Below are positions 28,335 to 37,891 of a stretch of 64,000 bases of DNA, piece after piece; positions within the stretch are counted from its first letter, which is position 1; each line of letters begins with the position of its first letter. Source of the DNA: Candidatus Kerfeldbacteria bacterium (lineage in GTDB: Bacteria > Patescibacteriota > Patescibacteriia > UBA10025 > JAHIVO01). A program made the position numbers and the translations under genes. The notes beneath the pieces were generated by a model. That model was not told the origin of the DNA, did no database searches, and worked only from the letters and a program-made list of their open reading frames with translations. The stretch is taken from NCBI GenBank assembly GCA_016214565.1, contig JACROE010000002.1:728007-792006 (forward strand). The letters run 5' to 3'.

Positions 28335-29588
28335 ATGGCACGAGAAGACATCATTACTGGATTAGACATTGGTTCAACCGCGATTCGCATTGTGGTCGGA
28401 CAGCGCAATCCACACGATAATCAGATACATATTTTAGGCGCGGCCGAACAGCCTGCCGAAGGGGTAAATAAGGGATCAATCACCAGCATTGAGGATGCGG
28501 TGTCATCCATCTCGAGCGCCTTTGAGCAGGTTGAACGCATGACCGGCGTACCCGTCGAGCATGTCTTTGTCGGCATCAATGGCAGTCACATTACTTCGCA
28601 GGACAGCCATGGCGTGATTGCGGTATCTAAATCAGATGGGGAGATCAAAGAAGAAGATGTCGAACGGGTGATTGAAGCAGCTCAGGCAGTGGCCACTCCG
28701 CCAAATTATGAAATTTTGCATGTCATACCGCGTAGCTTTGCAGTGGACAATCAGGCGGGGATTAAGGATCCCATTGGCATGACGGGCATTCGTTTAGAAG
28801 TTGACGCACAGATTATTCAGGGATTGTCTGCTCAGATAAAAAATATCACCAAATGCATTTACCGTACCGGTGTCGATATCGATGATCTTGTACTGGGCGT
28901 TTTGGCTAGTGCTGAGGCAGTCCTGACGCGTAAACAGAAAGATCTGGGTGTCGCTCTCTTGAACATCGGCGGTACGACAACCAGCTTATTGGTATTTGAA
29001 GAGGGTGAGGTGCTGCACAGCGCAATTTTACCAGTCGGCTCGAGCCACATCACCAATGACATTGCCATCGGACTTCGCACTTCGATTGAATTAGCGGAGA
29101 AGATAAAAGTTGAGTATGGATCTGCATTACCAGACGAATTGAATAAACGTGATGAAATCAATTTGCACGAACTTGATTCGCGGGAAGAGGGAGCCGTTTC
29201 ACAGAAGCATATCGCTGAAATTATTGAAGCGCGATGTGAAGAAATTTTTTCGTTAGCTGATAAAGAATTGCAGAAAATTGATCGTTCGGGGTTGCTTCCT
29301 GCGGGAGTTGTTTTGACTGGCGGTGGCGCTAAACTGAACGGACTCATCGAAGTTGCTAAGCGAGAATTCAAATTGCCGGCAGCGCTCGGCTATCCGCTGA
29401 ATATAGCTTCGACAGCCGTTGATAAAGTTAACGATGTTAATTACTCAACGGCGATTGGTTTGTTGTTCTGGGGAGCCGGACTATCGGATGATTCAGGAAG
29501 CGGTAAAAAATTATCAATGCCAAAATTTTCTTCTGTAGCAGACGCGACCGGGAAAATGAAAAAATGGTTTAAAACACTTATCCCGTAG
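28335..29588 (+). CDS. ftsA: Cell division protein FtsA
   Basis: Actin-fold ATPase: GLDIGSTAIRIVVG, ...LNIGGTTTSLLVF.... 417 aa, directly upstream of ftsZ. Confidence 0.9.
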   Translation: MAREDIITGLDIGSTAIRIVVGQRNPHDNQIHILGAAEQPAEGVNKGSITSIEDAVSSISSAFEQVERMTGVPVEHVFVGINGSHITSQDSHGVIAVSKSDGEIKEEDVERVIEAAQAVATPPNYEILHVIPRSFAVDNQAGIKDPIGMTGIRLEVDAQIIQGLSAQIKNITKCIYRTGVDIDDLVLGVLASAEAVLTRKQKDLGVALLNIGGTTTSLLVFEEGEVLHSAILPVGSSHITNDIAIGLRTSIELAEKIKVEYGSALPDELNKRDEINLHELDSREEGAVSQKHIAEIIEARCEEIFSLADKELQKIDRSGLLPAGVVLTGGGAKLNGLIEVAKREFKLPAALGYPLNIASTAVDKVNDVNYSTAIGLLFWGAGLSDDSGSGKKLSMPKFSSVADATGKMKKWFKTLIP

Positions 29589-29612
29589 TCGCTCTATTTA
29601 TTCTTAATTCGT

Positions 29613-30842
29613 ATGCCCAAGAATAGTAGATCACACACTCATATGGAAATTAAACCTGACATCGAAACGTTCGCAAAAATAAAAGTTGTCGGCGTCGGTG
29701 GTTCAGGCGGTTCGGCTATTGATCGTATGATCAATGCCAAGATTCAAGGTGTTGAGTTTATCGCTATAAATACAGACGCCCAAGCTCTGCATCATTCAAA
29801 GGCGCAAGCTAAGATACATATTGGCAAGACGGTCACTCGTGGATTAGGAGCTGGTATGGATCCCGAAATAGGCCGAAAAGCAGCGGAGGAAAATCAGGAT
29901 GAAATCCATGACGTCCTCAAAGGAGCCGATATGGTGTTTATTACCTGTGGTTTAGGCGGTGGCACTGGTACTGGCGCGGCACCCTTGATTGCCGATATTG
30001 CTCGCGATCTCGGCGCACTCACCGTATCAGTGGTAACGAAACCATTCGCTTTTGAAGGAGCGCAGCGACGGCAAATCGCCGACACTGGCCTGCAGGAATT
30101 GACCGATAAAGTTGATACGATTATTACGATTCCCAACGATCGCATTTTGCAGATTATTGATAAAAAAACGTCCCTCTTGGAAGCATTCAGCACCGTGGAT
30201 GAAATATTGCGCCAGGGCGTCCAGGGTATTTCTGATTTGATTACTGTTCCCGGATTGATCAACGTTGACTTTGCTGACGTACGCTCAGTCATGGAGAATG
30301 CCGGTTCTGCTTTGATGGGTATCGGACAGGGGACGGGCGAAAATCGCGCGGTTGATGCTGCCAAGGCGGCCATTGATAGTCCGTTACTTGAACTCTCGAT
30401 TGAAGGCGCCAAGGGAATTCTCTTCACCGTGACCGGCGGTCCTGACCTCGGGATGTACGAGGTGAATGAAGCAGCTCGGATTATTACTGCTTCAGCTGAT
30501 GCCAATGCGCGCGTCATTTTTGGTTCAGTTATTGATGAGTCAATGAAAGATCAGATCAAGATAACGGTCATCGCGACTGGTTTCGGCGGCAAACAGCGGA
30601 CCATCAAAAAAATCGAGCCAATCGGGTATGGCGATCGTGATGAAGCGCCGGTTCGCCCTGCTTTCTCTTCTTCACCCATGAAACCGCGTACGGTGGACAA
30701 GCCAATGCGCCCGATGCCTCCGGTGACCCCACCGGCCCGTCCGATGCCAACGCCGCCTCCAGTATCTTCAAATACGCCGTCCAGCACCAGCGGAGATGAG
30801 GATTTAGAAATTCCGGCTTTTATCCGGAAGAAGATGATGTAA
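29613..30842 (+). CDS. ftsZ: Cell division GTPase FtsZ
   Basis: Tubulin signature [10 protein letters not shown] and [15 protein letters not shown]. Pro-rich C-terminal linker and conserved C-terminal peptide ([11 protein letters not shown]). The true start may be ATG 29643 (MEIKPD...). Confidence 0.9.
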   Translation: MPKNSRSHTHMEIKPDIETFAKIKVVGVGGSGGSAIDRMINAKIQGVEFIAINTDAQALHHSKAQAKIHIGKTVTRGLGAGMDPEIGRKAAEENQDEIHDVLKGADMVFITCGLGGGTGTGAAPLIADIARDLGALTVSVVTKPFAFEGAQRRQIADTGLQELTDKVDTIITIPNDRILQIIDKKTSLLEAFSTVDEILRQGVQGISDLITVPGLINVDFADVRSVMENAGSALMGIGQGTGENRAVDAAKAAIDSPLLELSIEGAKGILFTVTGGPDLGMYEVNEAARIITASADANARVIFGSVIDESMKDQIKITVIATGFGGKQRTIKKIEPIGYGDRDEAPVRPAFSSSPMKPRTVDKPMRPMPPVTPPARPMPTPPPVSSNTPSSTSGDEDLEIPAFIRKKMM

Positions 30843-30965
30843 ACAGGCAGGAAGCCCCTTTTGGAAAAGTGGTTTCCTATGTCTTCCGCAAAGGATTGCA
30901 TCGCTCGCCCGACGTACACTCGAGGCCATGCGGTATTATCATGTCGAGGAACTATTGTAAAAAAA

Positions 30966-30993
30966 GACTGCCTCAAGGTAACTTGAAGCAGTC
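30966..30993. terminator. Bidirectional hairpin terminator between convergent ftsZ and Hsp70-like genes
   Basis: GACTGCCTCAAG-gtaa-CTTGAAGCAGTC, flanked by an A-run (5') and GGCTTT (3'). Confidence 0.4.
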
Positions 30994-31011
30994 GGCTTTG
31001 TGTACTATGTA

Positions 31012-32268
31012 TTATTTCGCACTGAGTGCGAGGCCCCGAACAACGCTGGTGAAAACGTGTTCGTTTCGTATGATATCCCGTCCGAATATCTGTGTGATTT
31101 CCTGACGGAGTAACGGGACGTAGGAAGTCCCTCCCGTCATAAAGACGGTGTGGATATCAGTGGGCTTAAGCCCAGCATCAGACAGCACGGTTTTCGCGCA
31201 ATTGACGACCTGATGAGCCTCGTCCCGTATGTCATCAGAAAATGCTGAACGCAATATCGTCTCCTTAATCTTGATTCTTGAATGAAAGAATTTGATTTGG
31301 GCTTTTTCTGCTTCTGAGAGATGGCACTTTGCCCGCTCAATAGCACGAAAAAGGGAATAGCCCAGATTTTCTTCAATCAGAGCCTGAAGACGAAGGGATG
31401 ACTCGGGGTCATCTGAACAAGTCGCCAGCCGGCGAATAAATTCCATATCCTCAGGGTTTTTGAGGAACGTAATTCGGTGCCATTCGCAGAGCTGTTTCAC
31501 AATATGCGATGGAAGATCTAACCATTTTTCCCATGATTGCCATTTCAGGTTTGCCCCGAAATATTTGATGAGATGGTTACGCATGATGATGGAATCGAAA
31601 CGGTCACCACCGATGTAGACCCCGCCGGTTGATAGAATGTCGGACTTTCTGTCCTCACCCTTATTCCGGTGCGGCCCAAGCTGCATAATAGTGAAGTCGG
31701 AGGTGCCACCGCCGAGATCAGCGACCATAACAATTTCCGCTTTGGAAAGTGTATGTTCGTAACTTAGAGCGGCAGCAATCGGCTCGAGCTGAGTCTGAAT
31801 GTCGGTAAAACCAGCACGTCTGGCCGCCTCAATTAATCGGCGTTCGGCTACCATTTCCTCGTGGGGATTGGTTGAGAAACGAGCAGGGCGCCCGATGATT
31901 ACCGATTTCACGTTTTGGCCGACAGCGGCATCCGCAGCTTTTTTCAAGGTGATCATAATTCGAGATACGAGATCTTCGATTTCGTAATAATTTCCCTTTA
32001 TGATCGTCCCTTCAAAAGCTTCGTCAGGCAAAATTGCTTTGATTGATTGGAGCAATCTGCCCTGCATTCCACTCGATATGTAAGTCTGTACCCCCTCATC
32101 ACCGATTATGGGGAATATTTTCTCCTCGGGGAAAAAAAGGACCGACTTCATAGTTTCAGCGCCACCCAACCCTACTGGTACTATCTCAACTTCACCATTA
32201 TTGAGATAAGCGATTGCCGAATTGGTTGTGCCAAAATCAAGGCCATACGTTATGTGATCCATGATCAC
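31012..32268 (-). CDS. Hsp70/actin-superfamily ATPase, nucleotide-binding domain only (YegD-like short Hsp70 homolog)
   Basis: ITYGLDFGTTNSAIAYL (DnaK phosphate-1 motif) and DLGGGTSDFTI (phosphate-2). 418 aa with no substrate-binding domain. Confidence 0.7.
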   Translation of the reverse strand: MIMDHITYGLDFGTTNSAIAYLNNGEVEIVPVGLGGAETMKSVLFFPEEKIFPIIGDEGVQTYISSGMQGRLLQSIKAILPDEAFEGTIIKGNYYEIEDLVSRIMITLKKAADAAVGQNVKSVIIGRPARFSTNPHEEMVAERRLIEAARRAGFTDIQTQLEPIAAALSYEHTLSKAEIVMVADLGGGTSDFTIMQLGPHRNKGEDRKSDILSTGGVYIGGDRFDSIIMRNHLIKYFGANLKWQSWEKWLDLPSHIVKQLCEWHRITFLKNPEDMEFIRRLATCSDDPESSLRLQALIEENLGYSLFRAIERAKCHLSEAEKAQIKFFHSRIKIKETILRSAFSDDIRDEAHQVVNCAKTVLSDAGLKPTDIHTVFMTGGTSYVPLLRQEITQIFGRDIIRNEHVFTSVVRGLALSAK

Positions 32269-32628
32269 ATCTCCTTCTATTTATAGGTCTATGTTAATGT
32301 TCAAATTTAATGGGAATCGTTTGTCAATTTTGTCTTTTGGTTAAGTATGTATAGTAATTAAATCAATCTTTGTCAAGGCATGAGCCCTGCTATCTTGCCC
32401 CGCTATTATGATATTTAAAAAATAAAAAATTGAGCAGGCTTCTGTATGTTATTAAGTTAGCTTATTTAGGTAGTGGGACTTGACAAATATGCCTGACTGT
32501 ATAATAATCACAAGATACATGTTTTTGCATGTATAACATCATGTAGGTTTTGCTAATATTTATTCAATATTAGTGAAAAAAGTTCATTACGAATTATGTA
32601 GGCTACTCCCGATGGAGTAAGGAAAAGC

Positions 32629-33087
32629 ATGGAGGTTTTTGTGGATTATGTAGTAATCATGTGCACACCGTATAGTGTGCGTGCTGGTCTGGTTGAGAAG
32701 ATAGTGGATGATTTAAGTACCGTGACGGCGGGTCGAGAAATCATGCGAAAGACCGTCAGGCTGAGTCGAGATGATATTGCCTTCATCTACCCACGAATGG
32801 TTAATACCATATATTTTGACTTGATCAGCGAGTGCTTCACTGCTGGCGATTCAGAGTGTATTGTTCTGTCCGGCGACGGTATTCATGATCGAGTGAATAC
32901 AGTCAAAGGAAAAATTCGATTTGTGGATGGGATGATTTCTGCCAATGGGCTACGCGGGCAGTATCTAGCGGGAGAACAGCGATACGAATTCTTTTTTCAT
33001 TCGACTGATTCTAATAATGAGTCGGATGAATTAGGTGCTAGATTTTTTGGCAAAGAGTTCGCTTTCGCTGACAGACCGAATGAATAA
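32629..33087 (+). CDS. Divergent nucleoside-diphosphate-kinase-like protein
   Basis: The C-terminal half, GLRGQYLAGEQRYEFFFHSTDSNNESDELGARFF, matches the NDK segment (G.IRGD....N.IHGSDS...A.RE...FF), including the catalytic His. The N-terminal Lys/Tyr motifs are diverged. Confidence 0.5.
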   Translation: MEVFVDYVVIMCTPYSVRAGLVEKIVDDLSTVTAGREIMRKTVRLSRDDIAFIYPRMVNTIYFDLISECFTAGDSECIVLSGDGIHDRVNTVKGKIRFVDGMISANGLRGQYLAGEQRYEFFFHSTDSNNESDELGARFFGKEFAFADRPNE

Positions 33088-34738
33088 GATGGCCAACGAT
33101 ATTTCAACGTTGGCCTTCGTTTTACCTATGATACCGCAGTATCTATACAATTTATTAAAACCAATCGTTGGTCGTCAGGCATCAAAACGCAATGCATTAT
33201 TTCAGTTTCTTCGCAACGCATTTGGGAAAATATTTATCCCGGCGTCAAATCAGGTCAACGGTTTTTTGATGAACCTGCAAAAGTCCGGTCATTCATTTGA
33301 ATTGGCATTTGAAGGTATGTATGAGCCTCAGGAAACCAATTTTTTGAATACCCTAGATCTTGAGGGTAAGATAGTATTTGATGTTGGCGCATGTATGGGA
33401 TATTATTCTCTGTTGTTATCAAAAAAAGTTGGACACGCCGGAATGGTATACTCATTTGAACCCGAGCAAGAAAATTTTCAGCTTTTAGAAAAAAACATCA
33501 GAGACAATAACTTGTCAAATGTAACCGCTTATCGAGCAGCCGTCGGTAACACGGAGCAGCCGGTTTTTGTTAAACGAGGCAAAACGCCGGGTCAGCATAC
33601 TGTATATTCAATTTCTCAAAACTTTAAAAGCAATGAGGAAGTGCCCATGGTGCGATTGGACGATTTTATTAAGAGAGAAAAGATTGATCCGCAAAAAATC
33701 GGTTATGTGAAAATAGATGTTGAGGGACTTGAATTGGATGTGCTTCTGGGCATGAAGGAGACAGTAACGAAGGGGGCTCGTGTAATAGTACAATGTGAGT
33801 ATGCCCCACAACATCTGAGGGAGCATAATTGTAATTTTCAGTCGCTGGTTGATTTTATTAAGCAATACAAATTGAATGTGTACTATTGGGATTTCAGCGT
33901 TGACTCATTATTATATATTAATGATCCAAGCTGGTTATTGATCGATGAAGTGGTTACTGAATTTACAAATGGAGCACATTATTGTCGGAACTTAATATTG
34001 ACGAGCACTCCACTTTCTTCAGAAATGGCAGCGAAAGAATTGCTATGTGAAGTATCTGACGCACAGGTAGCACCGTCGAACAGAATACTCATCGAAGATA
34101 AGACTGACTTAGGGTTGAAACTCCCGAGTAGTGGTAAATATTTTGTAGAATTGATGCGGGATTTGCCAATTGCCGGGAAAATCGTTTTAGATATTGGTAC
34201 AGGGTATTTTGGGTATTTAGCGAACCATGCCAAGTTATTTGGAGCGGCGCGTGTTGTGGCCGTTGACGTCAATGAAGAAGCCATTGTAGTTGTTAAAAAA
34301 TATTATCAATCGCCCGGCGTTGAATATCGACATGGCGATGTTTATTCTGCTCTATATCCTGATGAAAAATTTGATGTTTTATTCAGTAACCCGCCTCAAT
34401 TGCCCAGAGGAGCGTGTACCAAAGTCCACGACGTCGCAGGTCCTGATGGCATGGCGGTTATTGATAAGATATTGAGCGGATTTTCTCAGCACGCACAGCG
34501 TAATGGTACGCTGTATTTGTTGGTGTTTGACTTTATTTTTTCTGCAGTGGCCGCCGCTTGCCATGACCGAGGGTTGAATTATAAGGTGCAGGCATACTAT
34601 AATAAAAAAATCCGTACGGGCGGGGAGACGGAGAAAGCGATGTCTCTGATTAAACAGTTATATGACGGGTATTCTTTTAAAAAAGAGCATGGTTCATATG
34701 TCCATAAAGTATTATTTTTAGCCATCACAAACACATGA
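33080..34738 (+). CDS. Two-domain methyltransferase: N-terminal FkbM-family MTase fused to C-terminal class I SAM-dependent MTase with NPPQ motif
   Basis: The FkbM-like region is IVFDVGACMGYYSLLLSKKVG...VYSFEPEQENFQLLEKN...VKIDVEGLELDVL. The C-terminal Rossmann region is VLDIGTGYFGYLA...VVAVDVNEEA...DVLFSNPPQLP. The start was taken at ATG 33080. Confidence 0.7.
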   Translation: MNKMANDISTLAFVLPMIPQYLYNLLKPIVGRQASKRNALFQFLRNAFGKIFIPASNQVNGFLMNLQKSGHSFELAFEGMYEPQETNFLNTLDLEGKIVFDVGACMGYYSLLLSKKVGHAGMVYSFEPEQENFQLLEKNIRDNNLSNVTAYRAAVGNTEQPVFVKRGKTPGQHTVYSISQNFKSNEEVPMVRLDDFIKREKIDPQKIGYVKIDVEGLELDVLLGMKETVTKGARVIVQCEYAPQHLREHNCNFQSLVDFIKQYKLNVYYWDFSVDSLLYINDPSWLLIDEVVTEFTNGAHYCRNLILTSTPLSSEMAAKELLCEVSDAQVAPSNRILIEDKTDLGLKLPSSGKYFVELMRDLPIAGKIVLDIGTGYFGYLANHAKLFGAARVVAVDVNEEAIVVVKKYYQSPGVEYRHGDVYSALYPDEKFDVLFSNPPQLPRGACTKVHDVAGPDGMAVIDKILSGFSQHAQRNGTLYLLVFDFIFSAVAAACHDRGLNYKVQAYYNKKIRTGGETEKAMSLIKQLYDGYSFKKEHGSYVHKVLFLAITNT

Positions 34739-35187
34739 ACATCATCGTAAAAGTCGCTGGGGTTGTTTTCGATTCAGAAAATAAAATTCTCTTGATCAAA
34801 GAGAAGTATCGAGAAGCCGACGGGTATAAATGGAATCTGATCAAGGGAACTTTCGATCACGCGGATGAGACGCTTGATGATTGTCTGCGTCGAGAAATCA
34901 AAGAGGAAGTGGGCCTGGTTGCTGGTCAAATCTCCTTGAGAAAGATTTTTCAGTATGGTACCCCTGACCAGATTAAGTTATTGTTTGTTTTTTATGTACA
35001 TAATTGTACGGGCGAGGTGAGTATTCCTGATTCACGGAGCGCAGTCGCAGGGGAGGATATCCAAGAGAGCGCTTGGTTTACTCAGAAAGATATCATGGCC
35101 ATGGCACCTGATTCGTTTATTGCTTCATATGTAAGTAAATCATTATCTGCTCGTGAGGATGGCCAGGTTGATATCGAACGGCTGTAG
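34735..35187 (+). CDS. NUDIX hydrolase
   Basis: The Nudix box is GTFDHADETLDDCLRREIKEEVGL (GX5EX7REUXEEXGU). Confidence 0.8.
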   Translation: MNIIVKVAGVVFDSENKILLIKEKYREADGYKWNLIKGTFDHADETLDDCLRREIKEEVGLVAGQISLRKIFQYGTPDQIKLLFVFYVHNCTGEVSIPDSRSAVAGEDIQESAWFTQKDIMAMAPDSFIASYVSKSLSAREDGQVDIERL

Positions 35188-35321
35188 CCGGGTGAGGGGT
35201 AGTTTTTCTCTCGGGAATGTATAGTACTCTGATTTCAGAGGCTGACCTTGCCAAAAGGGTTGATTTTATTATATACTTTCGATATTGAAGTAATATTTTA
35301 GTAATGTTTTCCGATTGAATT

Positions 35322-35831
35322 ATGCGATGTCCTGCGTGCCATTTTGATGATACCCGCGTCAATGATTCCCGCTTGGTCAATGAAGGGATGGCGATTCGTC
35401 GTCGTCGCGAATGCGCGAAATGCGGCTTTCGTTTTTCAACCTATGAGGAAGTTGAGATATTGAATCTGACGGTGATTAAACGCGACGGACGCCATGAGCC
35501 ATATTCTAAAGAGAAGCTTGAGCGCGGATTGCATAAAGCATTTGAGAAGCGCCCGATCACCCATGATGATTTTAAGCGTTTGGTTAATAAGATAGAACGC
35601 GATATCCAACTGGCTGGTAAAGAGGAGATCAAAAGCAGCGAGATCGGTGAAATCATTATGCGAAATCTGAAGCGGAAGGATCAGGTGGCGTATATCCGTT
35701 TTGCCTCGGTCTATCGGTCTTTTAAGGACGTACAGTCTTTTCAGCAGGAATTGAAAAAGCTGCTGAGTAATAAAATTGTTCCTGAACGAAAAAAGAAACA
35801 GCGCACTCATTCGTCTACCGGAGGGCATTAA
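35322..35831 (+). CDS. nrdR: Transcriptional repressor NrdR (zinc ribbon + ATP-cone)
   Basis: MRCPACHFDDTRVNDSRLV...RRRRECAKCGFRFSTYE...YIRFASVYRSF aligns closely with NrdR. Confidence 0.9.
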   Translation: MRCPACHFDDTRVNDSRLVNEGMAIRRRRECAKCGFRFSTYEEVEILNLTVIKRDGRHEPYSKEKLERGLHKAFEKRPITHDDFKRLVNKIERDIQLAGKEEIKSSEIGEIIMRNLKRKDQVAYIRFASVYRSFKDVQSFQQELKKLLSNKIVPERKKKQRTHSSTGGH

Positions 35832-35850
35832 TCATTCAGTGAATTATCGT

Positions 35851-36345
35851 ATGAAAAATGTTTCACATTTTACGTTCAGTGTCAGCATGATGGGGGTGAT
35901 GGCTTTTGCCTTGATGGTCATCGGGTCATTTGGTTATGTTGTGGAAAAAGACATCGTTCAGCTCAATGCTGATCAGCCACGCTTGGCTTTGTCGCAAGTG
36001 CGCGGGCGGGTGGCCGGTATCGCCATTGAGTCGATCGGACAAGCCACGTTTGTTGTCGACAATGGCACCGATGAGCCACTCCAGGTTTCCTTCCCCGTTC
36101 TGCCCGACATGACGGTCAGAGAAATTTTGAACCAAGTAGGCTTAGCGTTTGATTTGAAAATAGAAACGGTCGCGAGCCCTGCCGGCGTGATTGTGCGTGG
36201 CATTGGTGACAAAATCAATGGCATGGATTCACGATATTGGCGGTATGCGGTGAATGACAAGACTCCTATTTTCAGCATAGATGAAATAATCGTGCGCGAT
36301 ACTGATACCATTCGATTCTATTTTAATCGGGAAGTTCAAAATTAA
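35851..36345 (+). CDS. Small signal-anchored hypothetical protein
   Basis: N-terminal TM helix (MMGVMAFALMVIGSFGYVV). The ATG at 35851 is preferred over the ORF-track start at 35776, which overlaps nrdR. Confidence 0.45.
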   Translation: MKNVSHFTFSVSMMGVMAFALMVIGSFGYVVEKDIVQLNADQPRLALSQVRGRVAGIAIESIGQATFVVDNGTDEPLQVSFPVLPDMTVREILNQVGLAFDLKIETVASPAGVIVRGIGDKINGMDSRYWRYAVNDKTPIFSIDEIIVRDTDTIRFYFNREVQN

Positions 36346-36366
36346 CCGAGGGGCTTAACGACTATC

Positions 36367-37293
36367 ATGCGACCGTACCGACCGTATCACCAGGCACATG
36401 CATCCACGCGCGATGGTGGCATATTTCGGGCGGGAAAAATATTCCTCATGTTGATCGCCCTCGTTCTTTTGTTTTTTATCATCAAAGGGGTATTCGGTTC
36501 TTCGGCTGAGCCGAATTTGGTAGATGGGACTGGTCAGGCGATCCCACCGACAAATGAAGTGGCAAATACTGCGTCAACTAATGTCGCTGTTGTGACGAAT
36601 ACTAACGCTAATACGAACGCATCGGCGAATACCAACACTTCCAGCAATACTAATGCTGATGCGCCATCAACCGCTTTTGACACCACGGCGTGCGACCAGG
36701 TATACAGCCGAGGTTCATCCGAGACAAAAGCAGCTGTGCTGACTTTTAATGTTGGCACGACAAAAGAGGGCGCGCTACCCCAGTTGCTTACGGCACTCAA
36801 GCAGGCGAACGCACCAGCCGCTTTCTTTGCGCGCGGCGATGTTGCCACTGAAAACCCGTCCCTGATTCAGAAAATTTCCGAGGCTGGATTTCCTGTGTAT
36901 AATTTAACCAATACGCATGTTCGCGCAACAGATGTTTCGGCCGAAGAATTGGTCGCGGAATTGGAGGAAGCCGATACCGCGATTGACGAGCTGGTGACTA
37001 CTGGTTCTCAGCCGTATTTCCGTCCACCGTATGGTGCAGCTGACGACGACGTCGTTGCCACCGCCGCTGAGGCTGGCTATTGTACCGTGACTTGGACTAT
37101 TGACGCGATGGACTGGTCGACTGAGTATACCGCCGCTTCTTCGCAGGCACGGGTACTGGACAATATATCTAGCGGAGCAATTGTTTTAATGCAAGCAAGC
37201 AACGCGACTACGGCGGAAATCGTCCCTCCCATTATCACTGCTTTGAGAAATCAAGGGTATACCCTGGTTGATTTAACTACTATCCTGGATTAA
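36367..37293 (+). CDS. Membrane-anchored polysaccharide deacetylase (NodB/CE4)-like protein
   Basis: TM helix followed by an Asn/Thr/Ala low-complexity linker. The domain shows NodB-like segments (VLTFNVGT..., FFARGDV..., QPYFRPPYGAAD..., IVLMQASN). The metal-binding motifs are partly diverged. Confidence 0.5.
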   Translation: MRPYRPYHQAHASTRDGGIFRAGKIFLMLIALVLLFFIIKGVFGSSAEPNLVDGTGQAIPPTNEVANTASTNVAVVTNTNANTNASANTNTSSNTNADAPSTAFDTTACDQVYSRGSSETKAAVLTFNVGTTKEGALPQLLTALKQANAPAAFFARGDVATENPSLIQKISEAGFPVYNLTNTHVRATDVSAEELVAELEEADTAIDELVTTGSQPYFRPPYGAADDDVVATAAEAGYCTVTWTIDAMDWSTEYTAASSQARVLDNISSGAIVLMQASNATTAEIVPPIITALRNQGYTLVDLTTILD

Positions 37294-37297
37294 CTAT

Positions 37298-37783
37298 ATG
37301 CGGCAAAATCATTTGATTATAGCGGCGCTGGCACTCATTTTGTGTTTAGTAGTTGCGCTACTCGTATTGTATCTTCAGTCTCGCGAACCCCGTTCGGAAA
37401 GCGTTGTGCCGATCACTAATTCCGGAGAAATTGTCGAGTGCTACACCGACACCGATTGCATCGTGGGCGGTTGTTCTGGGACGGTGTGTGCCGCTCGCTC
37501 TGAAGCGGACAATCTGGTCACCACGTGTGAATATCGCAACGAGTATGCGTGTTTTGCCAAGGATAACTGCCTGTGCATCCAGAATCGGTGCAACTGGCAG
37601 GGGAGCCAACAATTTCGCAATTGCGTCCTAGCTCCTGAAACGCAGGATCCGTGTGCGGGGTATGAGGGCCAGCAACTACTTGATTGTCAGGCCGATGAGG
37701 CCACACAGAGTCGCTGCCGTGGGTTGGCCGGGATGGAGCTCCTCGACTGTCTGGTAGGAAATCCAGTGAACCCCGACGACTAA
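37298..37783 (+). CDS. Secreted Cys-rich small protein
   Basis: Signal/TM segment, then about 16 Cys in 120 aa (CYTDTDCIVGGCSGTVCA...CEYRNEYACFAKDNCLCIQNRCNW...). Confidence 0.45.
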   Translation: MRQNHLIIAALALILCLVVALLVLYLQSREPRSESVVPITNSGEIVECYTDTDCIVGGCSGTVCAARSEADNLVTTCEYRNEYACFAKDNCLCIQNRCNWQGSQQFRNCVLAPETQDPCAGYEGQQLLDCQADEATQSRCRGLAGMELLDCLVGNPVNPDD

Positions 37784-37891
37784 TGGGTGAAAGGGCAGTT
37801 ATGCCGCTTGCGTATCTATACATTAGAAGGCGCCCCTTTACGGTGGTTTATTAAAAAAAATAAAGGAGTATGGTACAGTAATATATAGTCT

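Noticed and set aside
35776-35850. Upstream extension of the 35851 gene overlapping nrdR
   Set aside because: The extension overlaps the nrdR 3' end in another frame. The ATG at 35851 gives a typical signal-anchor N-terminus.
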